Below, in pieces: positions 10,805 to 20,027 of a stretch of 64,000 nt of DNA; the stretch's first letter is position 1, and each line of letters begins with the position of its first letter. Origin of the DNA: an uncultured Planktomarina sp. (GTDB taxonomy: Bacteria; Pseudomonadota; Alphaproteobacteria; Puniceispirillales; Marisalimonadaceae); the NCBI GenBank assembly GCA_905181795.1, contig CAJIZD010000005.1:7721-71720 (forward strand), read 5' to 3'. Both the position numbers and the translations under genes were made by a program. The notes beneath the pieces are model-generated. The model was not told the DNA's origin. It did no database searches and was given only the letters and a program-made list of their open reading frames with translations.

Positions 10805-12211
10805 TTAGAGTAAACAAAAGTCTCTTGAAACATATCTACCAAGATTTTTTTGTGTAATAAATTTATTATGTTCATAAATTTTTTGACCTCTTAACCAAGT
10901 CTGTACAGGCCAGCCCTTAATTTCTAAGTTTTCATAAGGTGTATAGTCAGATCCATGATGTAGGTCAGCTTGTTTTATTTTTTTTACCTTATTTGGATCC
11001 CAAATAGTTAAATCTGCATCACTTCCGATTTTAATAGAACCTTTTTGAGGGTATAATCCATACATTTTAGCAGGATTTGTAGAGGTTAATTCTACAAATC
11101 TCTCAATTGAAATTCTGTTTTTGCTTACTCCTTCTGAAAATAAAATTGGAAGTCTGGTTTCTACACCAGGTATCCCATTAGGAACCCATTTGAAGGAAGT
11201 CCTTGCTCCTGGTCGATCTTTTCCTTTTTTATCTTTAAACTTAAAAGGGCAGTGATCTGAGGAAAAAATATCAAACGTTCCGTCTATAATTCCTTCCCAA
11301 ATTGCTTCTTGACTTTCTCTATCTCTTGGAGGAGGAGAGCATACATACTTAGCCCCCTCAAAATCCATATTAAGTCCTTTCATATCATCTTCAGTTAGGC
11401 AAATGTATTGAGGACATGTTTCTGAAAAAACCTTTATACCATTTTCTTTAGCCCATTTTATCTGCGATAAGGCTTCATTGCCTGATACATGAACTATTAC
11501 AATGGGTATATCAACAATTTGTGCATGGCTAATTGCTCTATGAGTAGCTTCTCTTTCTACAATTTGAGGTCTTGATAATCCATGATAGTAAGGGGCTAGT
11601 TTACCTTCATCTTCTAATTTTTTTGTTAAATATCTTATAGCATCATAACCTTCTGCATGAACCATAACCAAGGTTTTTTCTTTTTTTGCAACTTCAAAAA
11701 CTTTTAATAGTTCTTCATCATTAAGCACTAGATCATCGTATGTCATGAAAACTTTGAAAGAAGTATATCCGTCTCTAGCTAATGCAGGTAGTTCTTGGCC
11801 TAACACTTGCGCTGATGGATCACTAATTATCAAATGAAAAGAAGTGTCCACAAATAAATTACCCTTAGCTTTTGCATGATAATTTTTTACACATTCTCTC
11901 AATGATTGTCCTTTTTCTTGCATAGCAAAAGGTAATACTGTTGTAGAACCTCCAGCAGCTGCAGATTTAGTAGCACTTTGAAAATTATCAGCCATTTCTA
12001 CATCAGGTCCAGAGGGTTGATCGATGTGAACATGTGCGTCTATTCCACCCGGTAGTATAATTAGATCGGTAGCATCTTCTATGATTTTGGCATTGCTATT
12101 CAATTGGCCTAATGCACAGATTTTTCCCTCAAAGATGCCAATATCACAATTTTCTATACCTTTTTCAGTAACCACTCTACCATTAGTGAGAATAACATCC
12201 AGATTTTCCAT
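10805..12211 (-). CDS. hydA: dihydropyrimidinase/hydantoinase-type cyclic amidohydrolase
   Basis: GGIDAHVH, SFKVFMTY (carboxylated Lys), VHAE, SSDHCPF and NGIPGVETR motifs. Confidence 0.85.
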   Translation of the reverse strand: MENLDVILTNGRVVTEKGIENCDIGIFEGKICALGQLNSNAKIIEDATDLIILPGGIDAHVHIDQPSGPDVEMADNFQSATKSAAAGGSTTVLPFAMQEKGQSLRECVKNYHAKAKGNLFVDTSFHLIISDPSAQVLGQELPALARDGYTSFKVFMTYDDLVLNDEELLKVFEVAKKEKTLVMVHAEGYDAIRYLTKKLEDEGKLAPYYHGLSRPQIVEREATHRAISHAQIVDIPIVIVHVSGNEALSQIKWAKENGIKVFSETCPQYICLTEDDMKGLNMDFEGAKYVCSPPPRDRESQEAIWEGIIDGTFDIFSSDHCPFKFKDKKGKDRPGARTSFKWVPNGIPGVETRLPILFSEGVSKNRISIERFVELTSTNPAKMYGLYPQKGSIKIGSDADLTIWDPNKVKKIKQADLHHGSDYTPYENLEIKGWPVQTWLRGQKIYEHNKFITQKNLGRYVSRDFCLL

Positions 12212-12229
12212 ATGTATCTTCCATTACTA

Positions 12230-13456
12230 TTATTTGTTTTTTGTTAGATTTAATATTGTTAAATAAAGTTCTTCAATTTGAGCTCTTTCGTGATTTTCTA
12301 AAAATGAAACATTACCTGGTGGCATTGCAAATGAAGCAACTGATTGAGAATATATATTTTGAATATTCATCAGAATGTCTTCAGTGGTCTCAAGCATTAC
12401 CTGCTTTGGAGCACTGTGCATATTGTCCCATAACGGTTCCTTTGCGTGACACATAGAACATTTTGAAATTATAATCTCTTGAGCATTTGTTAAAATAGGC
12501 TCTGGTATTATTTTAATTATATGAGCATTTTGATTAGTCTTTGTAAGTTTGGGTTTACCTAAATTAGAAATGAACATTGATAAGGATAACAAAATAATTA
12601 TTGGAAAAATTATCCAATATGGTGGTTTGATACCAGTATGTTTAACATTAAAAAAATGTCTTATTAATGCACCAATTATTAAGATAATAGGAATGATCAA
12701 CCAAGAGTACTTTGTTGCATAAATTATTGGGTAATGATTTGAAATCATAATAAAAATTACTGGTAGTGTTAAGTAATTATTATGAAGAGAACGTTGTTTT
12801 GCTACCATGCCATATTTTGCATCTGGAGTTTCATTTTTAATAAGGCTGGCTACTACTTTTTTTTGTCCAGGTATAATAACCATTAAAACATTAGCAACCA
12901 TTATTGTTCCCAATACAGTTCCAATCTGCATAAAAGCTCCTCTGTAACTAAAAAGCTCAGAATAAATCCAGGACATGATTGTAATTAAAATAAAAATAGA
13001 CAGTATTAACGTGTAAACATTAGTTTTTAATGAAATTCTGCACATCATATCATAAACTAACCAACCAAATATTATTCCTAAAATAGATATGATTACTGCC
13101 TCATATTTTTCAAAATCATATTTGATTATGTCTATCATATATAATTCTGCCCCTGCGTAATATATAAGCGCTAGTAAAGCAAAGCCGGAAACCCAAGTAG
13201 CGTAAGCTTCCCACTTAAACCAAGTAAGTTCTGATGGAAGCTTAGAAGGAGCAACTAAATACTTAACTAAATGATAAAACCCACCACCATGGACTTGCCA
13301 AGCTTCACCATGTGACTTGGGAGGTAAATTTTTATTTTGTTTTAAACTTAAATCAAGAGCTATGAAATAGAAACTAGATCCAATCCAGGCAATGCCAGCA
13401 ATTACATGAAACCATCTTAAAATAAGTTCTAGCCATTCATTCATTAGAAACATCAT
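12230..13456 (-). CDS. puuD: membrane urate hydroxylase with C-terminal cytochrome c
   Basis: RWFHVIAGIAWIGSSFYF, WQVHGGGFY, WFKWEAY, RSLHNNYLTLPV and heme motif CSMCH. Confidence 0.93.
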   Translation of the reverse strand: MMFLMNEWLELILRWFHVIAGIAWIGSSFYFIALDLSLKQNKNLPPKSHGEAWQVHGGGFYHLVKYLVAPSKLPSELTWFKWEAYATWVSGFALLALIYYAGAELYMIDIIKYDFEKYEAVIISILGIIFGWLVYDMMCRISLKTNVYTLILSIFILITIMSWIYSELFSYRGAFMQIGTVLGTIMVANVLMVIIPGQKKVVASLIKNETPDAKYGMVAKQRSLHNNYLTLPVIFIMISNHYPIIYATKYSWLIIPIILIIGALIRHFFNVKHTGIKPPYWIIFPIIILLSLSMFISNLGKPKLTKTNQNAHIIKIIPEPILTNAQEIIISKCSMCHAKEPLWDNMHSAPKQVMLETTEDILMNIQNIYSQSVASFAMPPGNVSFLENHERAQIEELYLTILNLTKNK

Positions 13457-13459
13457 ACC

Positions 13460-13813
13460 TTAACTGCCTCTATAAGTGCTGTAGCCAAAAGGAGATAAAA
13501 GTAATGGAACGTGAAAATGTTCAAGTTTATTAGTGATATTAAATCTGATAGGGATCTTATCTAAAAATAAACGTTTATCTAAATTAACATTAACATTTTT
13601 TAAATAATCTCCTACAAAAAATAATAACTCATACTCAATTTCTTCTAAATTCTCTGCAGTAATTAATGGTTTATCAACTCTTCCATCTTGGTTAGTTATA
13701 AAAGTTCCAACCAAGTTCTTTTCTAATTTGTTTATTTTAAATAACTCAATTTTTAGATTAAAAGCAGGTGCACCTTTACTGGTATCTAAAACATGTGTCG
13801 TGAGGCCAGCCAT
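13460..13813 (-). CDS. uraH: 5-hydroxyisourate hydrolase
   Basis: LTTHVLD N-terminus and C-terminal HVPLLLSPFGYSTYRGS. Confidence 0.95.
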   Translation of the reverse strand: MAGLTTHVLDTSKGAPAFNLKIELFKINKLEKNLVGTFITNQDGRVDKPLITAENLEEIEYELLFFVGDYLKNVNVNLDKRLFLDKIPIRFNITNKLEHFHVPLLLSPFGYSTYRGS

Positions 13814-13882
13814 AAATTTCTCTATTAAATGTTATATAAAGTATGCTTTAATAATATAAACACTTTAATATTAGGTGATAAT

Positions 13883-14404
13883 ATGTCCAACAAAACTTTT
13901 ATATTTTTATCTAAAAAAATTTCGAAGACGAAAATCATAGAACTTTTAAAAAGTATATATGAACATTCTCCATGGGTACCTGAAAGGCTTTTTTCTAATG
14001 ACGTTAATGAAATTTTAAATAAAGAATATTTGCAACAAAAAATGAAATCAATAGTTGACAACGCAAGTAAAAAGGAAAAATTAGACTTAATAAAGTCCCA
14101 TCCAGAGCTAGGAAACAAGCTGAAAAAGATAGATGAATTAACTGAATTCTCCAAGAAAGAACAAAAGTCTGCTGGGTTAGATCAATGTAATGAAGAAGAA
14201 TTTGAAGTTTTAACTCAACTCAATAAGCAATACAGAAATGAATTTCAATTTCCATTTATCATTGCTGTTAAAGGTTTATCAAAAAATGATATAATAAATG
14301 AGATGAAAAAAAGAGTTCACAATAGTGAAGAAGAAGAATTTGAAACTGCAATGAAACAAATACATAAAATAGCAAGTTTAAGGATTAATGATTTGACTTT
14401 TTGA
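13883..14404 (+). CDS. uraD: OHCU decarboxylase (stand-alone)
   Basis: EHSPWV, HPEL, S..EQ..AGL and FPFIIAVKG motifs. Start placed at ATG 13883 after AGGTG. Confidence 0.9.
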   Translation: MSNKTFIFLSKKISKTKIIELLKSIYEHSPWVPERLFSNDVNEILNKEYLQQKMKSIVDNASKKEKLDLIKSHPELGNKLKKIDELTEFSKKEQKSAGLDQCNEEEFEVLTQLNKQYRNEFQFPFIIAVKGLSKNDIINEMKKRVHNSEEEEFETAMKQIHKIASLRINDLTF

Positions 14405-14450
14405 CGAGCCAACTTAATTTTTTAAAGAATAATTATATTTGGAATGAAAC

Positions 14451-15404
14451 ATGTTAAAAACATTAAAAGATGAAAAAGGTGTTATAGCTATAGCAACAAC
14501 TCCTTTTGATGAGAAAAACCAGATTGACTTTAATTCAGTTGATACGCTTGCTGATTATTACTTGGAAAGTGGTGTGTCAGGAGTGACAATCTTAGGTGTT
14601 ATGGGTGAAGCTCATAAGCTTAATATAGATGAACAAAAATCACTTATAGAGCATTATATAAAAAGGCTACAAGATAAGGTGCCAGTTATTGTAGGAGTAT
14701 CTAATCCTGGATTAGATAATTTGGAATTACTATCTAAATTTTCAATGCAAAAAGGGGCATCAGGTATTATGGTATCTGGAATGAATGGTTTGAAACATGA
14801 TGATCAAATTGATTCATATTTTAATCAAGTTGTTGAACGTACTAGAGATATTCCGATTTGTCTTCAAGATTATCCGCCTACTACTAATGTCTATTTTTCT
14901 GAGAGCATAATAAATAAAATTTTAAAAGATCATCCTTCAATTGAAATGTTTAAACATGAAGAATGTCCAGGACATAACAAGTTAACAAGATTGATTCAAT
15001 TTCGAGAAAAGAAGCTTAATAGAAAGTACAGTATATTTGTAGGCAATGGAGGTTTATATGTACCTCAGGAACTTCGAAGGGGTGCGGATGGTATAATGAC
15101 TGGTTTCGCGTTTATAGAAATGTTAGTCAACGTCTACAATTTGTTTGTAAGTAACTCTAAGGAAAGTTCTGAAGATTTATTTGATATATTTTTACCTTTG
15201 ATAAGGCATGAGCAGCAATTTGGCATAGGTTTAGCTTTAAGAAAATTTGTATTACAAAAAAGAGGTATTATAGAAACATCTAAAGTACGAGCACCTGGAC
15301 CTCAACTTACAAATGAAGATATAATAGAAATGAATAACCTTCTAACAAGATTAGTGATAAGGCTTAAAAAGTCAGATTTTCCTTTACCAAGTGGAATTAA
15401 TTAA
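14451..15404 (+). CDS. DapA/NAL-family class I aldolase (not DapA itself)
   Basis: TPF, LGVMGEA, LQDYP and FKHE (Schiff-base Lys). Lacks the GTTGE and LYN motifs of true DapA. Confidence 0.8.
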   Translation: MLKTLKDEKGVIAIATTPFDEKNQIDFNSVDTLADYYLESGVSGVTILGVMGEAHKLNIDEQKSLIEHYIKRLQDKVPVIVGVSNPGLDNLELLSKFSMQKGASGIMVSGMNGLKHDDQIDSYFNQVVERTRDIPICLQDYPPTTNVYFSESIINKILKDHPSIEMFKHEECPGHNKLTRLIQFREKKLNRKYSIFVGNGGLYVPQELRRGADGIMTGFAFIEMLVNVYNLFVSNSKESSEDLFDIFLPLIRHEQQFGIGLALRKFVLQKRGIIETSKVRAPGPQLTNEDIIEMNNLLTRLVIRLKKSDFPLPSGIN

Positions 15405-15407
15405 ATT

Positions 15408-16145
15408 ATGAAAATACTTTTATATAACCCGAATACAAGTGAATCTATAACTAAAACCCTTTATGATACTGCTAAATTGGTGGTAAGTGAGGGAACATCA
15501 TTAATTCCTATGACAGCTGAGAAGGGTTTCCCTTACATTTCCACTAAACCAGAAGCTCTTATTACCGGAACAACCGTTCTAGAGACTATAGCTAAATATA
15601 AATCTGAATATGACGCTGTAATTATAGCTGCTTTTGGAGATCCGGGGCTTATAGCTGCGCGGGAATTATTTAATATACCTATAATAGGACTTGGTGAAGC
15701 TGCAATGTTAAGTGCATGTTTGTTTGGAAAAAAATTCTCAATTATATCTTTTACTAATGCTATGTCTTCTTGGTACGAGGAAAGCGTTGAAGTCTTAGGT
15801 TTGCAACCCAGGTATGCTGGTTTTAGAGCCATTGAAGGTGTTGTGTTATCAATAGACCAAATTCAATCACTTCAAAAAGATGCCCTCATTAATTCTGCCA
15901 AAAAAGCGGTTGAAATTGATGGAGGGGATGTAATAATTTTTGCAGGAGCACCCCTTTCAGGGTTTAAAAAAATAGTTCAAGCAGAAATAAGTGTTCCAAT
16001 TATTGATTGTGCTGAAGCTGCTGTAAAACAGGCAGAATTAGCAATTGCAATGAATAGTAAAATAAATAGTAGTAAAAAACTTCCTCCTAAAATTTCTACT
16101 GGTATCGAAAAAGAGTTATCCAACTACCTTTCTCATAAATCTTAA
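15408..16145 (+). CDS. Asp/Glu/hydantoin racemase-fold protein lacking both catalytic Cys
   Basis: NPNTS, AAFGDPG, PIIGLGEAA and AGAPLSG motifs. Confidence 0.8.
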   Translation: MKILLYNPNTSESITKTLYDTAKLVVSEGTSLIPMTAEKGFPYISTKPEALITGTTVLETIAKYKSEYDAVIIAAFGDPGLIAARELFNIPIIGLGEAAMLSACLFGKKFSIISFTNAMSSWYEESVEVLGLQPRYAGFRAIEGVVLSIDQIQSLQKDALINSAKKAVEIDGGDVIIFAGAPLSGFKKIVQAEISVPIIDCAEAAVKQAELAIAMNSKINSSKKLPPKISTGIEKELSNYLSHKS

Positions 16146-16158
16146 GAATGGGTAAAAT

Positions 16159-17064
16159 ATGAAAAGAAATTTTATTGGATATGGAGAAAACAAACCTAAG
16201 ATTTCTTGGCCTAATAAAACTAATTTAGCTGTTTCTATTGTTGTTAACATAGAGGAAGGTGCAGAGCTTTCAGTTTCTTCAGGCGACAGTGAAAATGAAT
16301 ATGTTTATGAAAATAACAAAAAAAAAATTGAAAATGGTAATCAAGATTTATGCATGGAATCTCATTTTGAGTACGGCTTAAGATCCGGTATTTGGCGTAT
16401 TTTTAATGTCCTAGATGAATATAAAATTAAAGCAACTTTTAGTTGTTGTTCTCAGGCGTTAGAAAAATCACCATGGTTAGTTAATGAAATCTTAAAAAGA
16501 GGACATGAGATTTCTGCTCATGGTGTTAAATGGATATCTCATGCAAACTTGAACGTAAATGAAGAAGAGAAAGTGATAGAAGAATGTTATTCCTCAATAA
16601 GCCGATTGTCAGGGAAACCTCCAATGGGGTGGCATACAAAATCTGCAACTTCTCCTAATACAAGAAATTTATTAATAAAGCATGGAGGTTTTTTATATGA
16701 ATCTAATGCTTATAATGATGACTTACCTTATGTTTTAGAAATAAAAAGTAAAAATATTGTAATTATCCCTTATTCCTTTGATACAAATGACATGAGGTTT
16801 GAGGGGAATGGAGGATTTGTTCATGGAGCAGATTTTTTTAACTATTGCAAAGAAACATTTGATCAATTGCTTGAAGAAATTAAAGATGGTTCTATTAAAA
16901 TGATGTCTATTGGACTGCATCCAAGAATTATTGGAAGGCCAGGGAGAATTGGTGGTTTAGCTAGAATCCTAGAGTATATTTCAGATCAAAAAAAATGTTG
17001 GATTACTAGACGTATTGAAATAGCTAAATTCTGTTTACAAGAAGATGTATTTAAACAAAATTGA
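16159..17064 (+). CDS. polysaccharide-deacetylase-fold hydrolase, PuuE (allantoinase)-like paralog
   Basis: WP..LAVSIVVNIEEG, FEYG.R.GIWR, HEISAHG.KW, DDLPY, DTNDMRF and IGLHPRIIGRPGR motifs. Confidence 0.8.
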   Translation: MKRNFIGYGENKPKISWPNKTNLAVSIVVNIEEGAELSVSSGDSENEYVYENNKKKIENGNQDLCMESHFEYGLRSGIWRIFNVLDEYKIKATFSCCSQALEKSPWLVNEILKRGHEISAHGVKWISHANLNVNEEEKVIEECYSSISRLSGKPPMGWHTKSATSPNTRNLLIKHGGFLYESNAYNDDLPYVLEIKSKNIVIIPYSFDTNDMRFEGNGGFVHGADFFNYCKETFDQLLEEIKDGSIKMMSIGLHPRIIGRPGRIGGLARILEYISDQKKCWITRRIEIAKFCLQEDVFKQN

Positions 17065-17163
17065 TTAATTATTTATCACTAGAATGCTTATTTTTTTTTC
17101 AAATTGACTCTTTATTTTTAGACGTGCCTAATGTTTTCATATTATTAATGAAAGGAAAATATA

Positions 17164-18139
17164 ATGTTAAAACATACTCTAAAGAAAATGTTTTTGGTTA
17201 TAGTGATGTCTGTTTTTACCATCAATGTGCATGCCGCAGATTGGACTATGGCATCTGGTTATCCAAAAAGTAATTTTCATACGCAAAATATAATGAAGTT
17301 TATTGATGAAGTAAAAGCTAATACTTCAGTTAATATAAACCTTAATGAAAATGATACTTTAATAAAAATTGATGCAATTAAAACTGCGTTGCAAAGAGGT
17401 CAAATTCCCATTGGTGAAATTAGATTAGGCATTTATGGTAACGAAGATCCAATGTATATTCTTGCTGGACTTCCATTTATTGCACCTGACTACTCTAGTG
17501 CGTGGCTTCTAAAAGATGTACAAATGGGGTATCTCCAGGAAAAGTTTGGAAAAAAGGGTCTTATGATCTTATATACTTCACCTTGGCCAGGACAAGGTTT
17601 TTATACAAAAACTCCAGTGAATAGTGTAGCAGATTTTAAAGGTAAAAAACTGAGAATTTACTTCTACTGCAACACAACAAATGGGTTCAATGTTAGGGTT
17701 TAATGCTACAATTTTACCTTTTGCAGAAATACCTCAAGCTTTTTCAACAGGTTTGATTGAAGCATTGTTTACAAGCCCACAAACTGGCATAGATATTCAA
17801 GCTTGGGACAATACAAAACATTTTACCTATGCAGGCGCAATTTTTAGTAAAAATGCAGTTGTAGTATCTAAGAAGGCATTTAATGCTTTATCAAAAGATG
17901 ACCAAATGAATATCCTAGCAGCTGCTAAAAAAGCAGAAATAAGAGGTTGGGAAATGAGTGCAGAAACTACTAAGAAGCAGATTGATATACTAAAGAAAAA
18001 TGGAATGTCAGCAAAAAATGCTCCTGATGAAGTTATCAGCAAAATGAAAAGTATTGGTCTTGAAATGATGAAAAGCTGGAGGTCAAAGGCTAGTCCTGAG
18101 GCTAACGCAGTTTTGGATCGTTATTTATCAATGAGATAA
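17164..18139 (+). CDS. TRAP transporter substrate-binding protein (DctP family), split by a probable sequencing frameshift
   Basis: Signal peptide, PWPGQG, G.KLR. ORFs 17164..17703 and 17681..18139 join after removing one T near 17662 (LRIYSTATQQMG). Confidence 0.88.
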
Positions 18140-18175
18140 ATTTTTATTTTAAGAAAAACTTAAAGAGAGATAGTT

Positions 18176-18691
18176 ATGAGAAAAAAATTAGATAAATTAT
18201 ATTTATATAGTGGCTATCTCTCTGCTTTTTTTATGATGCTAATTGCGTTAACTATTGTAGCTCAAATTTTAGGACGTTTTGTTAATATTACAATAGATTC
18301 AACTGAAACAGCTGGATTTAGTTTGGCAGCACTTACTTTTTTTGGGCTGTCTTATACTTTCCATAATGGAGAACATATAAGAGTTACATTATTCACAAGG
18401 TTATTAGGAAAAAAGATAAGGAGATATCAAGAGCTGTTCTCTCTTTTATTTTGTATTGTAATCACTGCCTATCTTACTTATTGGTCTTGGGACTTCGTTT
18501 ATTTTTCTTATATCTTTGAAGATATCAGCCCTGGCCTTCTAGCTATACCTTTTTGGATACCTAGAATATGTATGTCAATAGGAATAACAATCTTCCTAAT
18601 AGCATTAATAGATGATTTTGTTACTGTTTTACAAAACAATCTTCCTTCATATGTTAAAAATGCAAACCCAATTTTAAAAGATAACACTTAA
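18176..18691 (+). CDS. TRAP transporter small permease (DctQ family)
   Basis: Four TM segments, GEHIRVTL motif, lies between DctP and DctM. Confidence 0.9.
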   Translation: MRKKLDKLYLYSGYLSAFFMMLIALTIVAQILGRFVNITIDSTETAGFSLAALTFFGLSYTFHNGEHIRVTLFTRLLGKKIRRYQELFSLLFCIVITAYLTYWSWDFVYFSYIFEDISPGLLAIPFWIPRICMSIGITIFLIALIDDFVTVLQNNLPSYVKNANPILKDNT

Positions 18692-18705
18692 ATATAGGAA
18701 AAAAT

Positions 18706-20004
18706 ATGGCTACTGGGTTATCAATATTACTATTTTTTCTACTGTTATTCTTATTATCTCTTGGGATATGGGTGGCCCCCGCATTAATAACATTGGGTTA
18801 TATTTTATTAGAATTTTTTACACCGGCTCCTGTAGGATCTTTACTCGCAAGTACACTTTGGGATGCTAGTTGGAATTGGGCATTAACAGCTCTACCATTA
18901 TTTATTTGGATGGGTGAAATATTATTTAGAACACGTCTTTCTTCAGAAATGTTTAAAGGACTTGCTCCTATGTTATCAAATTTGCCCGGTGGTTTGATTC
19001 ACGTTAATGTTGTTGGGTGTGGTATAATGGCTGCTGTGGCTGGATCTAGCGCAGTCACTTGTGCAACTATTGGAAGAATGAGCATTCCAGAATTAAAAAA
19101 AAGAAACTATGATGAGACATTAAGCATAGGTTCATTAGCCGGTTCAGGTACCTTAGGCCTACTAATACCTCCATCAATAATGTTAATAGTTTATGGTGTT
19201 TTGGCTCAAGTATCAATATCAAGATTGTTTATAGCGGGTGTACTTCCTGGGATAATGATAATAGGTATATTTATGTCATACATAATTATTAGAGCTAAAT
19301 TAAATCCAAGTTTGGCACCTAAACAGGGTGTTAAGTACACATTTATAGAAAAAATCAAAGCTGCTAGAAACTTACTGCCTGTAGTTGGATTAATATTTCT
19401 TGTTCTAGGATCGATTTACGGTGGTTATGCAACTCCTACAGAAGCCGCGACAATAGGTGTTATAGGAGCTCTTTTATTAGCTTGGTCTTCTAAGTCTTTA
19501 AGTCTTAAGAGTTTTGTTGACAGTTTAATGGGTGCTGTAAAAACATCTTGCATGATTAATTTTATAATAGTTGGAGCAGCCTTTTTATCTCTTGCAATGG
19601 GTTATACTGGTATACCTAAACAATTAGGACAAATTGTAAATGATTATCAACTGTCCCAATTATCATTGCTAGCTATATTAACATTACTTTATATATTTTT
19701 AGGCTGTTTTCTTGAGGGTACATCAATGATGGTGTTAACTGCTTCAGTAGTTTTGCCTATGGTTCAGACAGCTGGTATAGATTTAATTTGGTTTGGTATA
19801 TTTACGGTTATTGTAGTTGAAATGGCTCAAATCACACCACCCGTTGGCTTTAACTTGTTTGTGCTTCAGGGCATGACTGGAAGAGATATTTTGAAAATAA
19901 CAAAGGCCGCATTACCATTCTTCTTTTTAATGTTATTAAGTATTGTTATCCTTGTAATATTTCCACAAATTGTAACTGCTCCAGTCAATTTTATGATTAG
20001 ATAA
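18706..20004 (+). CDS. TRAP transporter large permease (DctM family)
   Basis: GTLGLLIPPS, TPTEAA and ITPPVGFNLFV motifs. Confidence 0.93.
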   Translation: MATGLSILLFFLLLFLLSLGIWVAPALITLGYILLEFFTPAPVGSLLASTLWDASWNWALTALPLFIWMGEILFRTRLSSEMFKGLAPMLSNLPGGLIHVNVVGCGIMAAVAGSSAVTCATIGRMSIPELKKRNYDETLSIGSLAGSGTLGLLIPPSIMLIVYGVLAQVSISRLFIAGVLPGIMIIGIFMSYIIIRAKLNPSLAPKQGVKYTFIEKIKAARNLLPVVGLIFLVLGSIYGGYATPTEAATIGVIGALLLAWSSKSLSLKSFVDSLMGAVKTSCMINFIIVGAAFLSLAMGYTGIPKQLGQIVNDYQLSQLSLLAILTLLYIFLGCFLEGTSMMVLTASVVLPMVQTAGIDLIWFGIFTVIVVEMAQITPPVGFNLFVLQGMTGRDILKITKAALPFFFLMLLSIVILVIFPQIVTAPVNFMIR

Positions 20005-20027
20005 ATAAAGAATAAGGACATTAATAA

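Noticed and set aside
14451-15404. dapA (lysine biosynthesis)
   Set aside because: The GTTGE and catalytic Tyr motifs are absent and the context is catabolic.
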